This document shows positions 31,124 through 41,962 of a stretch of 63,652 nucleotides of DNA, piece by piece. The stretch spans positions 1 to 63,652 of the forward strand of contig JAADHS010000046.1 in the NCBI GenBank assembly GCA_013151745.1, written 5' to 3'. This stretch comes from Gammaproteobacteria bacterium. Lineage in GTDB: Bacteria; Pseudomonadota; Gammaproteobacteria; JAADHS01. Each line of letters opens with the position of its first letter. The first letter of the stretch is position 1. Under the pieces are notes generated by a model. That model made no database searches. It saw only the letters and a program-made list of their open reading frames with translations, and was not told where the DNA came from. The position numbers and the translations under genes were made by a program.

Positions 31124-31172
31124 ATTGCAATCCATTTTAAACCGCTATTGATTAACAAAGAAACAAATAGCC

Positions 31173-32531
31173 ATGCCTGAAAAACAAAAAATGTTTGAAA
31201 AAATTGTCATCGCCAACCGAGGCGAAATAGCCCTGCGTATTTTGCGTGCCTGTAAAGAACTTGGCATAAAAACGGTCGCCGTACACTCCTCTGCTGACAC
31301 CGACCTCAAGCATGTCCGGCTCGCAGATGAATCTGTTTGTATTGGCCCGCCCGCGTCCGCACAAAGTTATCTTAATGTACCGGCAATCATCAGCGCCGCC
31401 GAAGTCACCGATGCCATCGCGATACACCCAGGATATGGTTTTTTATCTGAAAACGCTGACTTTGCCGAGCGCGTTGAACAAAGTGGATTTATCTTCATTG
31501 GCCCTCGCCCCGAAACCATTCGCACCATGGGAGACAAAATTTCAGCAATAAACACAATGAAACGGGCTGGTATTCCTTGTGTACCCGGATCAGACGGCCC
31601 CCTGAGTGACAATGGCCACCTCAATCAAGAAATCGGGCGCAAAATCGGTTACCCTGTCATCATCAAAGCATCGGGGGGGGGCGGTGGACGCGGCATGCGC
31701 GTAGTACACAGTGAAGCCTCTCTATCGAATGCCATATCCATCACTCGCGCTGAAGCCACTGCAGCCTTTGGTGATGATACCGTTTATATGGAAAAATTTC
31801 TGGAAACCCCCAGACATATAGAATTTCAGATTCTTGCAGACGAACATGGCAACGCCATTCACTTAGGTGAACGAGATTGCTCTATGCAACGTCGCCATCA
31901 AAAAGTCATCGAAGAAGCACCGGCTCCCGGCATCAGCCAGGAAATCCGGGATCGCATGGGCAAACTTTGCGCAAACGCCTGTATAGAAATTGGCTATCGC
32001 GGCGTAGGCACCTTCGAATTCCTCTATGAGGACGGGGAATTTTATTTTATAGAAATGAATACACGCTTACAGGTTGAACACCCTGTCAGCGAACTGATTA
32101 CCGGCATTGACCTTGTTCAAGAGCAATTACGTGCCGCAGCAGGGCTGGCACTAACGATAAAACAAGAAGATATTATATTCAATGGACATGCTATAGAGTG
32201 TCGACTTAATGCAGAAGACCCCGAAAATTTCACACCTTCGCCAGGTACGATCAAAAGTTTTCATGCTCCGGGCGGCCCTGGAGTACGAGTCGATTCTCAT
32301 ATTTATGACGGCTATGTTGTCCCCCCTTATTATGATTCGATGATAGGCAAACTGATTACCTATGGCTCTAATCGAGAGTCCGCAATGGCACGTATGCGTA
32401 TGGCTTTAGATGAAATTATCATTGATGGAATCTCCACTAACATTTCTTTACATCAACGCCTTACAAGAGATTCGGCCTTCAAAATGGGTGGAACGGACAT
32501 CCATTATCTAGAAAAAAAACTGGGTCTGTAA
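31173..32531 (+). CDS. accC: biotin carboxylase
   Basis: Near-collinear with E. coli AccC ([30 protein letters not shown]...). The true start may be the internal ATG at 31191 (MFEKIVIAN). Confidence 0.95.
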   Translation: MPEKQKMFEKIVIANRGEIALRILRACKELGIKTVAVHSSADTDLKHVRLADESVCIGPPASAQSYLNVPAIISAAEVTDAIAIHPGYGFLSENADFAERVEQSGFIFIGPRPETIRTMGDKISAINTMKRAGIPCVPGSDGPLSDNGHLNQEIGRKIGYPVIIKASGGGGGRGMRVVHSEASLSNAISITRAEATAAFGDDTVYMEKFLETPRHIEFQILADEHGNAIHLGERDCSMQRRHQKVIEEAPAPGISQEIRDRMGKLCANACIEIGYRGVGTFEFLYEDGEFYFIEMNTRLQVEHPVSELITGIDLVQEQLRAAAGLALTIKQEDIIFNGHAIECRLNAEDPENFTPSPGTIKSFHAPGGPGVRVDSHIYDGYVVPPYYDSMIGKLITYGSNRESAMARMRMALDEIIIDGISTNISLHQRLTRDSAFKMGGTDIHYLEKKLGL

Positions 32532-32534
32532 TTC

Positions 32535-33433
32535 ATTAACACTCAATGGCAACAACTCAAGATCGATCTGTTACCCGAACAGGTTGATCTCATTTCGGCG
32601 TTATTGAGCGAAGCTGGCGCGGCTGCCGTAACAATGGAAGACGCGGCGGCTCAACCCCTTTACGAACCCTCGCCGGGGACAACGCCATTATGGCAACAAA
32701 CCTGTCTCGTTGGTCTATTTGATGCCAGCCTTGAATTACGAACCGTTTCAAACCAACTCCAGCAAGCCCTGAACGCCAAAATTTATGCAACGCTACGCAT
32801 CGAACCTCTTGAAGAACAACATTGGGAACGTGTCTGGATGAATCAATTTCACCCCATGCGCAGTTTGGTCAACGTTTATGGGTTTGTCCTAGCTGGACGC
32901 CCCCCCCTGACCCTGCAGCCATTAATCTTATGTTAGATCCTGGCATCGCATTTGGTACCGGAACCCACCCAACAACCGCGCTCTGCTTACGCTGGTTAGA
33001 TCAGCATCCCCCCTCGCAGCAACGTGTCCTGGATTTTGGCTGCGGTTCTGGAATACTCGCTGTTGCCGCCGCATTATTGGGGGCTAAATCGGTCATCGCA
33101 ATAGACCATGATCCGATGGCTGTTGCAGCGACGTTAGATAATGCTCAAAAAAATGAAGTCGCCCACCTGGTGCAGGCAACTCATCAACAGAGACTGAACC
33201 TGGAAGAACCCTTCGGGCTACTTATCGCCAATATTCTTGCTAGACCACTTATTGATCTTGCACCCTTGTTTGCCAGGGTGAGCACACAAAATAGTGATAT
33301 TATATTATCGGGTTTAGTTCAGGAGCAAACCCAGCAACTGATCGAACACTACCAAAGATGGTTCACTATCACCACAACCCAACAGGAAGAAGAATGGATG
33401 TTGATCCATGGCGTTCGTAATAACAAACCCTAA
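32535..33433 (+). pseudogene. prmA: ribosomal protein L11 methyltransferase, reading frame interrupted
   Basis: The N-part (WQQLKIDL...FHPMR) is in phase 0. The C-part (FGQRLWVCPSW...GTGTHPTT...DFGCGSGIL) is in a different phase. The switch falls at 32862..32866 (CGC AG TTT GGT). There is no ATG/GTG/TTG upstream of the conserved Trp; only ATT at 32535. Confidence 0.75.
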
Positions 33434-33504
33434 ACAAGCACACTAAATTGCCGCTACTTCTTCTGTAAAGACCTACAATGACATATGGATATGAGAAAAT
33501 ACCC

Positions 33505-34305
33505 ATGCATACTCAGTGCCCACACTGTAAAACTCTATTCAAAATCAGCGAGGAGCAACTCGCCGCCGTTAATGGCAAAGTCCGTTGTGGATTTTGTTAC
33601 CGTATTTTTTTTTCTGAAGAAAGCTTATTCGACGAACTCCCGAATATCGATATCAATGACGCCTCCCCCCCCCCGCCTGAAGCCACTCATCAAATCACAA
33701 CAGAACCCACCAAAATATCAGCTGTTTCAGACATGAGCACCACAGCAATGATCGAAACTGTCCATTTTACTCAGAATGAACTGCAAAAAGAGGCTCGCCA
33801 ACGCCTAGAACAACAAAACACAAAAAAGAAAAGTACTTTCTCTTCTTTTGCCTGGACATTTGGAACTCTGGCTTTCGTTATCATCCTGATTCTGCAATAT
33901 GGCTATTTTATGCGCGATAACCTGGCTCAATACACCTCGCTACGACCCGCACTTCAACAACTCTGCCGTGTGGCAGATTGTACTCTCCCCCTACAACACG
34001 CTCCCACGCAAATTAAACTAATCTCCAGAGAAATCAGCACACACCCGGACATAGACAATGCATTACGAGTTCAGGCTACTTTTATTAATAAGGCTCCTTT
34101 TCAACAAAATTACCCTACAATCAAACTCTCTCTTTCAAGTTTGGCAGGTCAAACCATTGCAACAAGGTATTTTAAGCCCCAGGAATATTTGCCACAGAAT
34201 ACGTCAATTGAAACCGGTATTGCGACGCAACAACAAACAGAAGTGCAATTAGACATACGCGACCCTGATAAAAAAGCAACAGGATTTGAACTCCTTTTTC
34301 TCTAG
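33505..34305 (+). CDS. zinc-ribbon (MJ0042-type) / DUF3426 membrane protein
   Basis: CPHC...CGFC zinc ribbon, a Pro-rich linker, one TM segment and a C-terminal DUF3426-like domain. Usual position between prmA and dusB. Confidence 0.75.
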   Translation: MHTQCPHCKTLFKISEEQLAAVNGKVRCGFCYRIFFSEESLFDELPNIDINDASPPPPEATHQITTEPTKISAVSDMSTTAMIETVHFTQNELQKEARQRLEQQNTKKKSTFSSFAWTFGTLAFVIILILQYGYFMRDNLAQYTSLRPALQQLCRVADCTLPLQHAPTQIKLISREISTHPDIDNALRVQATFINKAPFQQNYPTIKLSLSSLAGQTIATRYFKPQEYLPQNTSIETGIATQQQTEVQLDIRDPDKKATGFELLFL

Positions 34306-34531
34306 CACACTGCCCCCTTAGCACTAGAAATTTTGCTTCAATCGCGTAGTTTCGGTATTATGTACCTAAACTTGGCGCCTCAATCAAACCTACTTATAAA
34401 ATATAACACATTGAATATTTAGTAGTTTTTACGTCTGCTTGCTTGTCGTGAGAGTAAACACGTCATAATCAAAATTCAGTAAACAACGTTTTCACTTTCA
34501 GATTATTGTTCGCAGGTAAGGTATAAAAATA

Positions 34532-35527
34532 ATGAAAATTGGCTCTTATCAATTAAAAAACAAAACCATCCTGGCGCCAATGGCGGGAGTCACCGATCGC
34601 CCATTTCGGCAATTATGCCGAGACTTGGGTGCCGGCATGGCGGTCTCAGAAATGATTTCATCCAACTCTTTATTATGGGGGAGTAAAAAAACACAACGCC
34701 GAGCCAATCACGAAGGAGAAATAGCACCTAGAATAGTTCAAATTGCGGGTGCCGACCCCAAACTGATGGCTCAAGCGGCAAAGCTTAACGCGGATCAGGG
34801 TGCACAAATCATTGATATCAATATGGGCTGCCCTGCAAAAAAAGTGTGTAAAGTGATGGCCGGATCAGCACTACTGCAAAATGAAGCACTCGTTAAAGCT
34901 ATTTTAACTGAGGTCACTCAATCTGTAGACATCCCCGTTACACTTAAAATTCGAACCGGATGGGATCAACATTCACGTAACGCATTGACCATAGCTAAAA
35001 TTGCAGAGCAAGCGGGCATTCAGTCCCTTGCCATTCACGGCCGCACACGAGCATGTGGTTACCGTGGTTACGCAGAATATGATACTATCGCCGAACTCAA
35101 AAGCAGACTGTCATTGCCCATTATTGCAAACGGGGATATCACAACACCGGAAAAAGCCAAATTTGTACTTGAGTACACCCAAGCTGACGCGGTAATGATA
35201 GGCCGGGCAGCACAAGGTCGACCCTGGATTTTTAGGGAAATCAATCACTACCTTGAAACAGGTCAAACACTAGCAGAACCTTCAACACAAGAAATCCGAG
35301 ATATTCTGCTCCGTCACCTGAGAAACTTATATGCATTTTATGGCGAATATGCAGGCGTTCGCATTGCCCGAAAGCATATCTCCTGGTACAGCAAAGGTCA
35401 GCGCCATGGTGCTGCATTCAGGCATGATGTCAACCAGGTCAGCACCGTTGAAGAACAACTGAGCACCACTCAAACCTTCTTCAACAAACTAATAGAAAAA
35501 GAAGAACAACAAAATAAAGCGGCATAG
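34532..35527 (+). CDS. dusB: tRNA-dihydrouridine synthase B
   Basis: APMAGVTD and DINMGCP motifs. Followed by fis. Confidence 0.93.
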   Translation: MKIGSYQLKNKTILAPMAGVTDRPFRQLCRDLGAGMAVSEMISSNSLLWGSKKTQRRANHEGEIAPRIVQIAGADPKLMAQAAKLNADQGAQIIDINMGCPAKKVCKVMAGSALLQNEALVKAILTEVTQSVDIPVTLKIRTGWDQHSRNALTIAKIAEQAGIQSLAIHGRTRACGYRGYAEYDTIAELKSRLSLPIIANGDITTPEKAKFVLEYTQADAVMIGRAAQGRPWIFREINHYLETGQTLAEPSTQEIRDILLRHLRNLYAFYGEYAGVRIARKHISWYSKGQRHGAAFRHDVNQVSTVEEQLSTTQTFFNKLIEKEEQQNKAA

Positions 35528-35572
35528 CAGCTTAAATCAAATGGTATGTATTGGCCTGGGAGGGGACAAAGC

Positions 35573-35839
35573 GTGACACCAAATAACCCTACATTGCGCA
35601 AAGAACGTCGAAAACAGCCCTTATGCACCTGTATTCGCGCTTCCCTGGAACTTTATTTTAAAGACCTGGATGGACATACTGTCAACAACGTCTATCAAAT
35701 GGTCATCAGCGAAGTAGAAAAACCACTACTCGAAGTCGTAATGCAACAAAGCCGGGGGAACCAAACAAAAGCAGCGGAATTATTGGGCATTAACCGCAGC
35801 ACACTCAGAAAAAAACTAGAGCAACACAAATTAAGTTAA
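35573..35839 (+). CDS. fis: DNA-binding protein Fis
   Basis: C-terminal [27 protein letters not shown] 35573 with a GGGAGGGG RBS is preferred over the ORF-track ATG at 35546. Confidence 0.85.
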   Translation: MTPNNPTLRKERRKQPLCTCIRASLELYFKDLDGHTVNNVYQMVISEVEKPLLEVVMQQSRGNQTKAAELLGINRSTLRKKLEQHKLS

Positions 35840-35855
35840 TTTACGGAATTTACCT

Positions 35856-37427
35856 ATGTCAACAATCAAGCGCGCCTTACTCAGTGTTTCTGACAAAACG
35901 GGTATTGTAGAATTCGCCACTCAGCTCTGCGCACACAAAGTAGAACTCCTATCCACCGGAGGAACGGCCAAGTTACTCCGAGAACATCAACTCCCCGTTG
36001 TCGATGTCTCGGATTACACAGGCTTTCCTGAAATAATGGCAGGGCGGGTCAAAACTTTGCATCCTAAGATCCATGGTGGCTTGCTCGGCCGTCGCGATGT
36101 CGATGCTGCGGTTATGGCTGAACATAACATCCCCTCTATTGATTTAGTCGCGGTCAACCTTTATCCATTTGAAAAAACTGTCGCCAATCCAAACTGTGAT
36201 TTATTAGCAGCCATTGAAAATATCGATATTGGTGGCCCTACGATGCTACGGGCAGCCGCAAAAAATTATCGTTCGGTCACCGTCATTGTTGATAATAAAG
36301 ACTATTCAAAGATCATAGAAGAAATGAAAACCAACAAGGGCGCCATTAGTGATGAAAGTAGATTCAAGCTTGCGGTTAAAACGTTTGAACATACCGCCCG
36401 CTACGAGGGTGCGATCGCCAACTACTTGGGCGCTATTTCAAATAACCCAAACTCGGAAAAAGAACGTTTTTCCAGCACGGTTAACAGCCAGTTTATACTG
36501 AGCCAAGGCTTACGCTACGGAGAAAACCCACACCAGCATGCTGCGTTTTACCATGAACATTCACCTCCAGAGGCCAGCATTTCTACAGCAGAACAAATTC
36601 AAGGCAAGGCGCTATCCTATAATAATATAGTCGATACAGATACGGCTCTGGAATGTGTAAAATCATTTACTACGCCAGCCTGTGTCATTGTCAAGCATGC
36701 AAACCCATGTGGCGTCGCCATAGGTGATTCCACTTTAGATGTTTACAATCAAGCCTACCAAACGGATCCTACATCTGCATTTGGAGGCATCATTGCATTT
36801 AATCGAGAACTCGACAAAACAACCGCACAAGCGATCATTGATCGCCAATTTGTCGAGGTGATCATTGCGCCCGCTATTCTCGATGACGCGCGAGCTGTCT
36901 TCAAGAAAAAACCCAATGTTCGTATTCTCACTTGCGGAAAACTACCCTCAACGACGAGCACAGGGCTACATTTAACTAAAGTGACAGGTGGCTTGCTGCT
37001 TCAGGAGAAAGATATCGACACCATAACTGCAGACAGCGTCACTAAAGTAACGCAACGATCACCAACTAATAAAGAATTGCAAGATCTCCTTTTTACCTGG
37101 AAAGTAGCTCAATACGTCAAATCAAACGCCATTGTTTACGGCAAAAACGGCATGACAATTGGCGTAGGCGCGGGCCAAATGAGTCGTGTTTACAGCGCTC
37201 GCATTGCCGCCATCAAGGCCGCTGATGCGGGCCTGCAAGTCAAAGGCTCGGTCATGGCAAGCGATGCCTTTTTCCCTTTTCGTGATGGTATAGATGCGGC
37301 GGCTGAAAGTGGCATCACCGCCATTATTCAACCCGGCGGCTCAATTCGTGACGATGAGATCATTGCCGCTGCAAACGAACACCATATTGCCATGGTGTTC
37401 ACCGGCATGAGACACTTTCGGCATTAA
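35856..37427 (+). CDS. purH: bifunctional AICAR transformylase / IMP cyclohydrolase
   Basis: 523 aa with a conserved PurH N-terminus ([16 protein letters not shown]). Confidence 0.96.
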   Translation: MSTIKRALLSVSDKTGIVEFATQLCAHKVELLSTGGTAKLLREHQLPVVDVSDYTGFPEIMAGRVKTLHPKIHGGLLGRRDVDAAVMAEHNIPSIDLVAVNLYPFEKTVANPNCDLLAAIENIDIGGPTMLRAAAKNYRSVTVIVDNKDYSKIIEEMKTNKGAISDESRFKLAVKTFEHTARYEGAIANYLGAISNNPNSEKERFSSTVNSQFILSQGLRYGENPHQHAAFYHEHSPPEASISTAEQIQGKALSYNNIVDTDTALECVKSFTTPACVIVKHANPCGVAIGDSTLDVYNQAYQTDPTSAFGGIIAFNRELDKTTAQAIIDRQFVEVIIAPAILDDARAVFKKKPNVRILTCGKLPSTTSTGLHLTKVTGGLLLQEKDIDTITADSVTKVTQRSPTNKELQDLLFTWKVAQYVKSNAIVYGKNGMTIGVGAGQMSRVYSARIAAIKAADAGLQVKGSVMASDAFFPFRDGIDAAAESGITAIIQPGGSIRDDEIIAAANEHHIAMVFTGMRHFRH

Positions 37428-37438
37428 GCCGAAGGCGA

Positions 37439-37465
37439 GCCGTTCCACAATATTTGTGGAACGGC
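37439..37465. terminator. hairpin between convergent purH and the adhesin gene
   Basis: GCCGTTCCACAA-TAT-TTGTGGAACGGC (12-bp arms). No clear U-tract on either side. Confidence 0.45.
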
Positions 37466-37493
37466 GGCATCTGTTACAGTCAAGTGCGAGCGA

Positions 37494-40400
37494 CTAGAAA
37501 CGCCGAGGACTTCTTCTTCGACGCAATAGCGGCACTAACAACCCTGCGATTAAAACAAGAACATTTAACGCACCGCCGCCACCACCCGTATCAGATTCAA
37601 CAGCAGAAGTATCCGTAGCGCCCGAAGAATTACTGCCTCCGGAACCATCATTGTCTCCGGAATCATCATTGCCTCCGGAACCATCATTGTCTCCGGAACC
37701 ATCATTGTCTCCGGAACCATCATTGTCTCCGGAATCATCATTGTCTCCGGAATCATCATTGCCTCCGGAACCATCATTGCCTCCGGAACCATCATTGCCT
37801 CCGGAACCATCAGATTTAATATTGACTTTAACTTTTGCAGTACTCACACCGAATTGATCACTCACCGATATTGAAAATTCATCATTACCTTCCGTGCTTG
37901 CATTTGCTGTGTATGCAAAGTTACCACTCCCATCGGTAAAAACAGCCTGACCTTTTTGGCCATAACCACCGGAAAAAGACAAATCGTCTCCTTCCAGGTC
38001 ATTCACACTCACCGACCCTGTTACCGTTTCCCCTGCTGTCACATCAAGCACCAAATTAAGCACCTGTTTATTATCCACATCCACATCCACATCCAGAATT
38101 TCCGGTGGCGCATTCACGGTCACGGTCACGGTCACCGGTACGCTTTCACCCCCTCGATTATCTACCGCAACATAATCAAACTGGTACTCGCCAGTAAAGT
38201 CAGCACCCGGGGTATAAACCAATTTTGTCTTGTCTACTTCTTCTTGATTAAAACCGCCATTTACTCTAATTCTCGGATGTTGAAGTTCTTCGTTATTCGT
38301 TGCCTGCCCCAGTTTGATTTCAAGCACATCGCCTCTATCATTATCAGTATCATTGTCCAGGACATAGAGAGTGGTTTGTTTACCTTGAGAAATGGTTACA
38401 TTATCGGCAGACGGTAGGGGTACTTCGTTATCATTTTCATCATAAACAACAACAACCAATTTGCCGTCAGCTTCTGCTTCGCCATCAGACACCTTATAAT
38501 TAACTGTCACTTCTGTAGGCACGCCAGCAGACTCTACACTGCGAGGTGTCGTTACTGTAATTTCACCTGGAGCTAAGCCTCGAGCTGCAGACCCACCCGC
38601 AGTCGCTGAACCAATCGAAGCTAATTTCAAGACATCGGTCACATCTGGATCCCGATCATTGTTCAATACCGCGACGGTCACTGCTTCCCCTGCCGTAACA
38701 GAAACCACATCATCTTGAGGTGTTGGTGCAACGTTTCCTCCTTCCTGGGTTGGGTCAACATTGACCTGAAACGCACCAATGTCGCAATTCACCGTGTCAT
38801 TGATTTTGAAATTCCGCTGATCACTACCGGGACAACCCGTACCTGCACCAATCGCTGAACTACTTTCCAGTAAGGCACGAGTAAGCACCGCACCGCCACT
38901 GGGCAACTGAGTCCCACCATTATCGGCAAGTTCAGCCAAACCAACTATAGCGTGCGTTTTAGCCTGATTGTTCAAACCTTTTGATACTGTTTTTTCTGAG
39001 ATTTTAGAGGCACTTGCAACTGAACCAAAACACGTCGCCCCACTGTCTATATTATTGCCCAGTGAGGTAATAACACTTTGATAATCCGTCGATCCATTGC
39101 AATTATCATCAGCAAGCAACCCATCCCCTATAATACTGTTTCGTATTACAAACCGATACGAACTCGCATTTTCACCATTGGTACCATTTCTAGCGTCAAC
39201 AAATATTTCATCCCCGCCATTAGGCAACGGAGCATTGGGCTCTCTTGTCGGCGTGGTTCGCGATTCTTGAGCTTCATTGCCCGCAATTGTACTACTGACA
39301 ATCTCCAGGACTCGACCAGAATGAAAAATTCCCCCTCCGCGCGCGTCGTAGGAAGGATGTCCTGGACCATCCCGAACTTCATTTTCACTGAACGTACTGG
39401 CTGAAATCAATGTAGAACCTATACCCATGGTATATAAACCACCCCCACCCAGCTCCGCAATATTACCTGAAACTGTCGTCCGGTTTAAAATCAGACCATG
39501 TTTGATCAATCTTCGTGCAGCAAAATCCCATACGCCATTCGCCGCCGTTAACAATCCGCCCCCCATAAATGCATCGTTATCGCGAACCACGCTGTCTTCA
39601 AGAAGAAGAAAACTTTCACGATTAGAGGCATCCTGGTTATAAACACCGCCTCCATTCTGTGCCCAGTTATTGATGATTTCAGTACGACGTAGTGTCATAC
39701 TCCCCACCCAGTTGGCCACACCACCCCCTTGCCCTCCGCCTTCAAATATTTCACCCAGCCTGCCCGTATTTTGAAAGTTGCCGACATTATTGGGCACATA
39801 GGGCGTACGATTACTGTCTATAATGCTGTCTTCAATGATGACATTGCCACCCCAGTTGGCAACTGCGCCGCCCGTCACGCCAGTATAATTGGCACTAAAA
39901 TTGACATTCCGCAAGGTCACATCAGGCGGTTGAATCAGGCCTGGGCCAAAGGCCTGGGCAAAAACTAACAAGCCCCCCCCACCTTGGTTTTCAGCAGGCT
40001 GATAAGCCTCAAATATAGTGAGCCCTTGAATAAGTACGTTGATGGCTGCACCCGCAGAGGGTGCAGGTGTAATTTGAAAAATACGATCACGATCAGCTAG
40101 ATTATTCGCATAAAATGTAATTTTCGTGTCATCAGGATTGTTTGGATCCCCTCCGTTAATGGTTACGCTGTCGGTAATATCCAAATCTCCAGCAGCAGCG
40201 TCATTTTCCGGCATAAAGAAAAAAGAATCCTGAGATCGGGGCAACCTCAAGGTATAAGTCCCCGCTGGCACATTGATAATATCCGCCCCGGCATTTTCAT
40301 TGGCTGCCATAATGGCTGCACGCAACGTGCAAGAACCCGCGACACTGGCACACACACCACTAGGCTCGCTCTCATCTTTAGGTGCATCCGTCGTACTATT

Positions 40401-40502
40401 GACTGTGAATGTTGCAGCAGACGCTGCAGAATTAAAACCGACAAACAAAACCGCAACCCCTAAACAACGAAGCACGTTTTTTTTATATCCCTGACTTATC
40501 AT
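37494..40502 (-). CDS. large secreted beta-helix / cadherin-like repeat protein with GlyGly-CTERM-like sorting tail
   Basis: Signal peptide. CSLREA-type motif (GSCTLRAAIMAAN). Gly-rich parallel beta-helix region. Several VLxNDxDxDxxDVL cadherin-like/Big_9-type domains. (G/D)SG(G/D)ND x10 linker. C-terminus GGGGALNVLVLIAGLLVPLLRRRR. Confidence 0.8.
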   Translation of the reverse strand: MISQGYKKNVLRCLGVAVLFVGFNSAASAATFTVNSTTDAPKDESEPSGVCASVAGSCTLRAAIMAANENAGADIINVPAGTYTLRLPRSQDSFFFMPENDAAAGDLDITDSVTINGGDPNNPDDTKITFYANNLADRDRIFQITPAPSAGAAINVLIQGLTIFEAYQPAENQGGGGLLVFAQAFGPGLIQPPDVTLRNVNFSANYTGVTGGAVANWGGNVIIEDSIIDSNRTPYVPNNVGNFQNTGRLGEIFEGGGQGGGVANWVGSMTLRRTEIINNWAQNGGGVYNQDASNRESFLLLEDSVVRDNDAFMGGGLLTAANGVWDFAARRLIKHGLILNRTTVSGNIAELGGGGLYTMGIGSTLISASTFSENEVRDGPGHPSYDARGGGIFHSGRVLEIVSSTIAGNEAQESRTTPTREPNAPLPNGGDEIFVDARNGTNGENASSYRFVIRNSIIGDGLLADDNCNGSTDYQSVITSLGNNIDSGATCFGSVASASKISEKTVSKGLNNQAKTHAIVGLAELADNGGTQLPSGGAVLTRALLESSSAIGAGTGCPGSDQRNFKINDTVNCDIGAFQVNVDPTQEGGNVAPTPQDDVVSVTAGEAVTVAVLNNDRDPDVTDVLKLASIGSATAGGSAARGLAPGEITVTTPRSVESAGVPTEVTVNYKVSDGEAEADGKLVVVVYDENDNEVPLPSADNVTISQGKQTTLYVLDNDTDNDRGDVLEIKLGQATNNEELQHPRIRVNGGFNQEEVDKTKLVYTPGADFTGEYQFDYVAVDNRGGESVPVTVTVTVNAPPEILDVDVDVDNKQVLNLVLDVTAGETVTGSVSVNDLEGDDLSFSGGYGQKGQAVFTDGSGNFAYTANASTEGNDEFSISVSDQFGVSTAKVKVNIKSDGSGGNDGSGGNDGSGGNDDSGDNDDSGDNDGSGDNDGSGDNDGSGGNDDSGDNDGSGGSNSSGATDTSAVESDTGGGGGALNVLVLIAGLLVPLLRRRRSPRRF
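37634..37812. repeat. 18-bp tandem repeat, about 10 units, inside the adhesin gene
   Basis: Unit TCCGGAACCATCATTGYC with point variants. It encodes GSGGND/DSGDND hexapeptides. Confidence 0.9.
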
Positions 40503-40669
40503 AATTAAACTCCTACTCGTATAGGATGACTCATTGTGTTCTTCCCTTATTAACTCAATCTTAAATTCTGCAAGAGAACAAAAAACTTCAGTAGATGACC
40601 CAGACTCTACGTTACGTTATCATTCCATCTTGCTTCTACCTGAATATTAAAGCCTTAAGGATACCCAGA

Positions 40670-41962
40670 ATGAAAGTACTTATCATTGGTGGGGGGGGAC
40701 GCGAACACGCCTTAGCGTGGAAAGCAACCCAGTCCCCCCTCGTAAATCACGTCTACATTGCACCCGGCAATGGCGGAACCGCTACGGATCCAAAAATAAC
40801 AAACGTCCCTATCATGGCTAATGCTATTAAGCCACTGGTCACCTTTGCCTCCAATACTAACATAGGCTTAACTATTGTGGGACCGGAAATACCCTTAGCT
40901 CATGGCATTGTCGATGCTTTTGAGCAAGCCAACTTGCGCTGCTTTGGCCCGAGACAAGCTGCAGCACAACTTGAAAGTTCAAAGACTTTCAGCAAAAATT
41001 TCCTTGCGCGGCATCACATCCCGACAGCAAAATATCAAAGCTTTACTTCACTAGACTCCGCTACTTCCTATATAAAACAATCCAGTATGCCACTTGTGAT
41101 CAAAGCAGATGGACTCGCAGCAGGCAAAGGGGTGGTGATTGCACAAAACAAAACCGCCGCCCTTGCCGCAGCACAAGACATGCTTTGCGGATCCGCCTTC
41201 GGAACAGCAGGGCAACAAATTGTTATAGAAGAATTTCTCGAAGGTGAAGAAGCCAGTTTCATCGTCATGGTTGATGGCAAAAACATTTTACCCCTCGCCA
41301 CATCACAAGATCACAAAGCCCGAGACAACGGCGACCAAGGCCCCAACACCGGCGGCATGGGTGCCTATTCACCCGCTCCAGTAGTGACCGAGGCCATGCA
41401 CCAACGCATCATGACAGAAGTCATTGAGCCTACGGTTAACGGCCTCATTGAAGAAGGCACACCCTATACCGGCTTCTTATATGCAGGCATCATGATTGCA
41501 TCTGACGGTACACCTAATGTTCTTGAATTTAATTGTCGCTTCGGCGACCCTGAAACTCAACCCATTATGATGCGTTTAAAGTCTGACCTCGTTGCGCTTT
41601 GTTTAGCGGCTTTAGATCAAAAACTCGATACCACGACAGTCGACTGGGATGAGCGTGCAGCTTTAGGGGTAGTCATGGCTGCAAACGGCTACCCTGAAAA
41701 CTACAAAAAAGGGTTCATTATCCAAGGATTATCCAGCGAAAAATTCAGCGAAAAAATGATTTTTCATGCGGGGACAGAAAAATCTGATCGCCACATTATC
41801 ACCAGCGGCGGCCGAGTGCTTTGCGCAACTGCATTAGGTCAGAGCGTAAGTGAAGCGCAGCAACGCGCTTATGAACTTGTAGAGGAGATCAACTGGGAAG
41901 GGGCTTTTTATCGCACCGATATTGGTTACCGCGCGATTGCAAGAGAACAACAAAATGAATAA
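40670..41962 (+). CDS. purD: phosphoribosylamine--glycine ligase
   Basis: MKVLIIGGGGREHALAWK N-terminus. Start trimmed to ATG 40670 (AAGGA RBS). Confidence 0.95.
   Translation: MKVLIIGGGGREHALAWKATQSPLVNHVYIAPGNGGTATDPKITNVPIMANAIKPLVTFASNTNIGLTIVGPEIPLAHGIVDAFEQANLRCFGPRQAAAQLESSKTFSKNFLARHHIPTAKYQSFTSLDSATSYIKQSSMPLVIKADGLAAGKGVVIAQNKTAALAAAQDMLCGSAFGTAGQQIVIEEFLEGEEASFIVMVDGKNILPLATSQDHKARDNGDQGPNTGGMGAYSPAPVVTEAMHQRIMTEVIEPTVNGLIEEGTPYTGFLYAGIMIASDGTPNVLEFNCRFGDPETQPIMMRLKSDLVALCLAALDQKLDTTTVDWDERAALGVVMAANGYPENYKKGFIIQGLSSEKFSEKMIFHAGTEKSDRHIITSGGRVLCATALGQSVSEAQQRAYELVEEINWEGAFYRTDIGYRAIAREQQNE

Noticed and set aside
37565-37857. ORFs 37565..37810 (minus) and 37651..37857 (plus) with repetitive MVPEAM / SPEPSL sequences.
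   Set aside because: They are frame and strand echoes of the 18-bp tandem repeat inside the adhesin gene.
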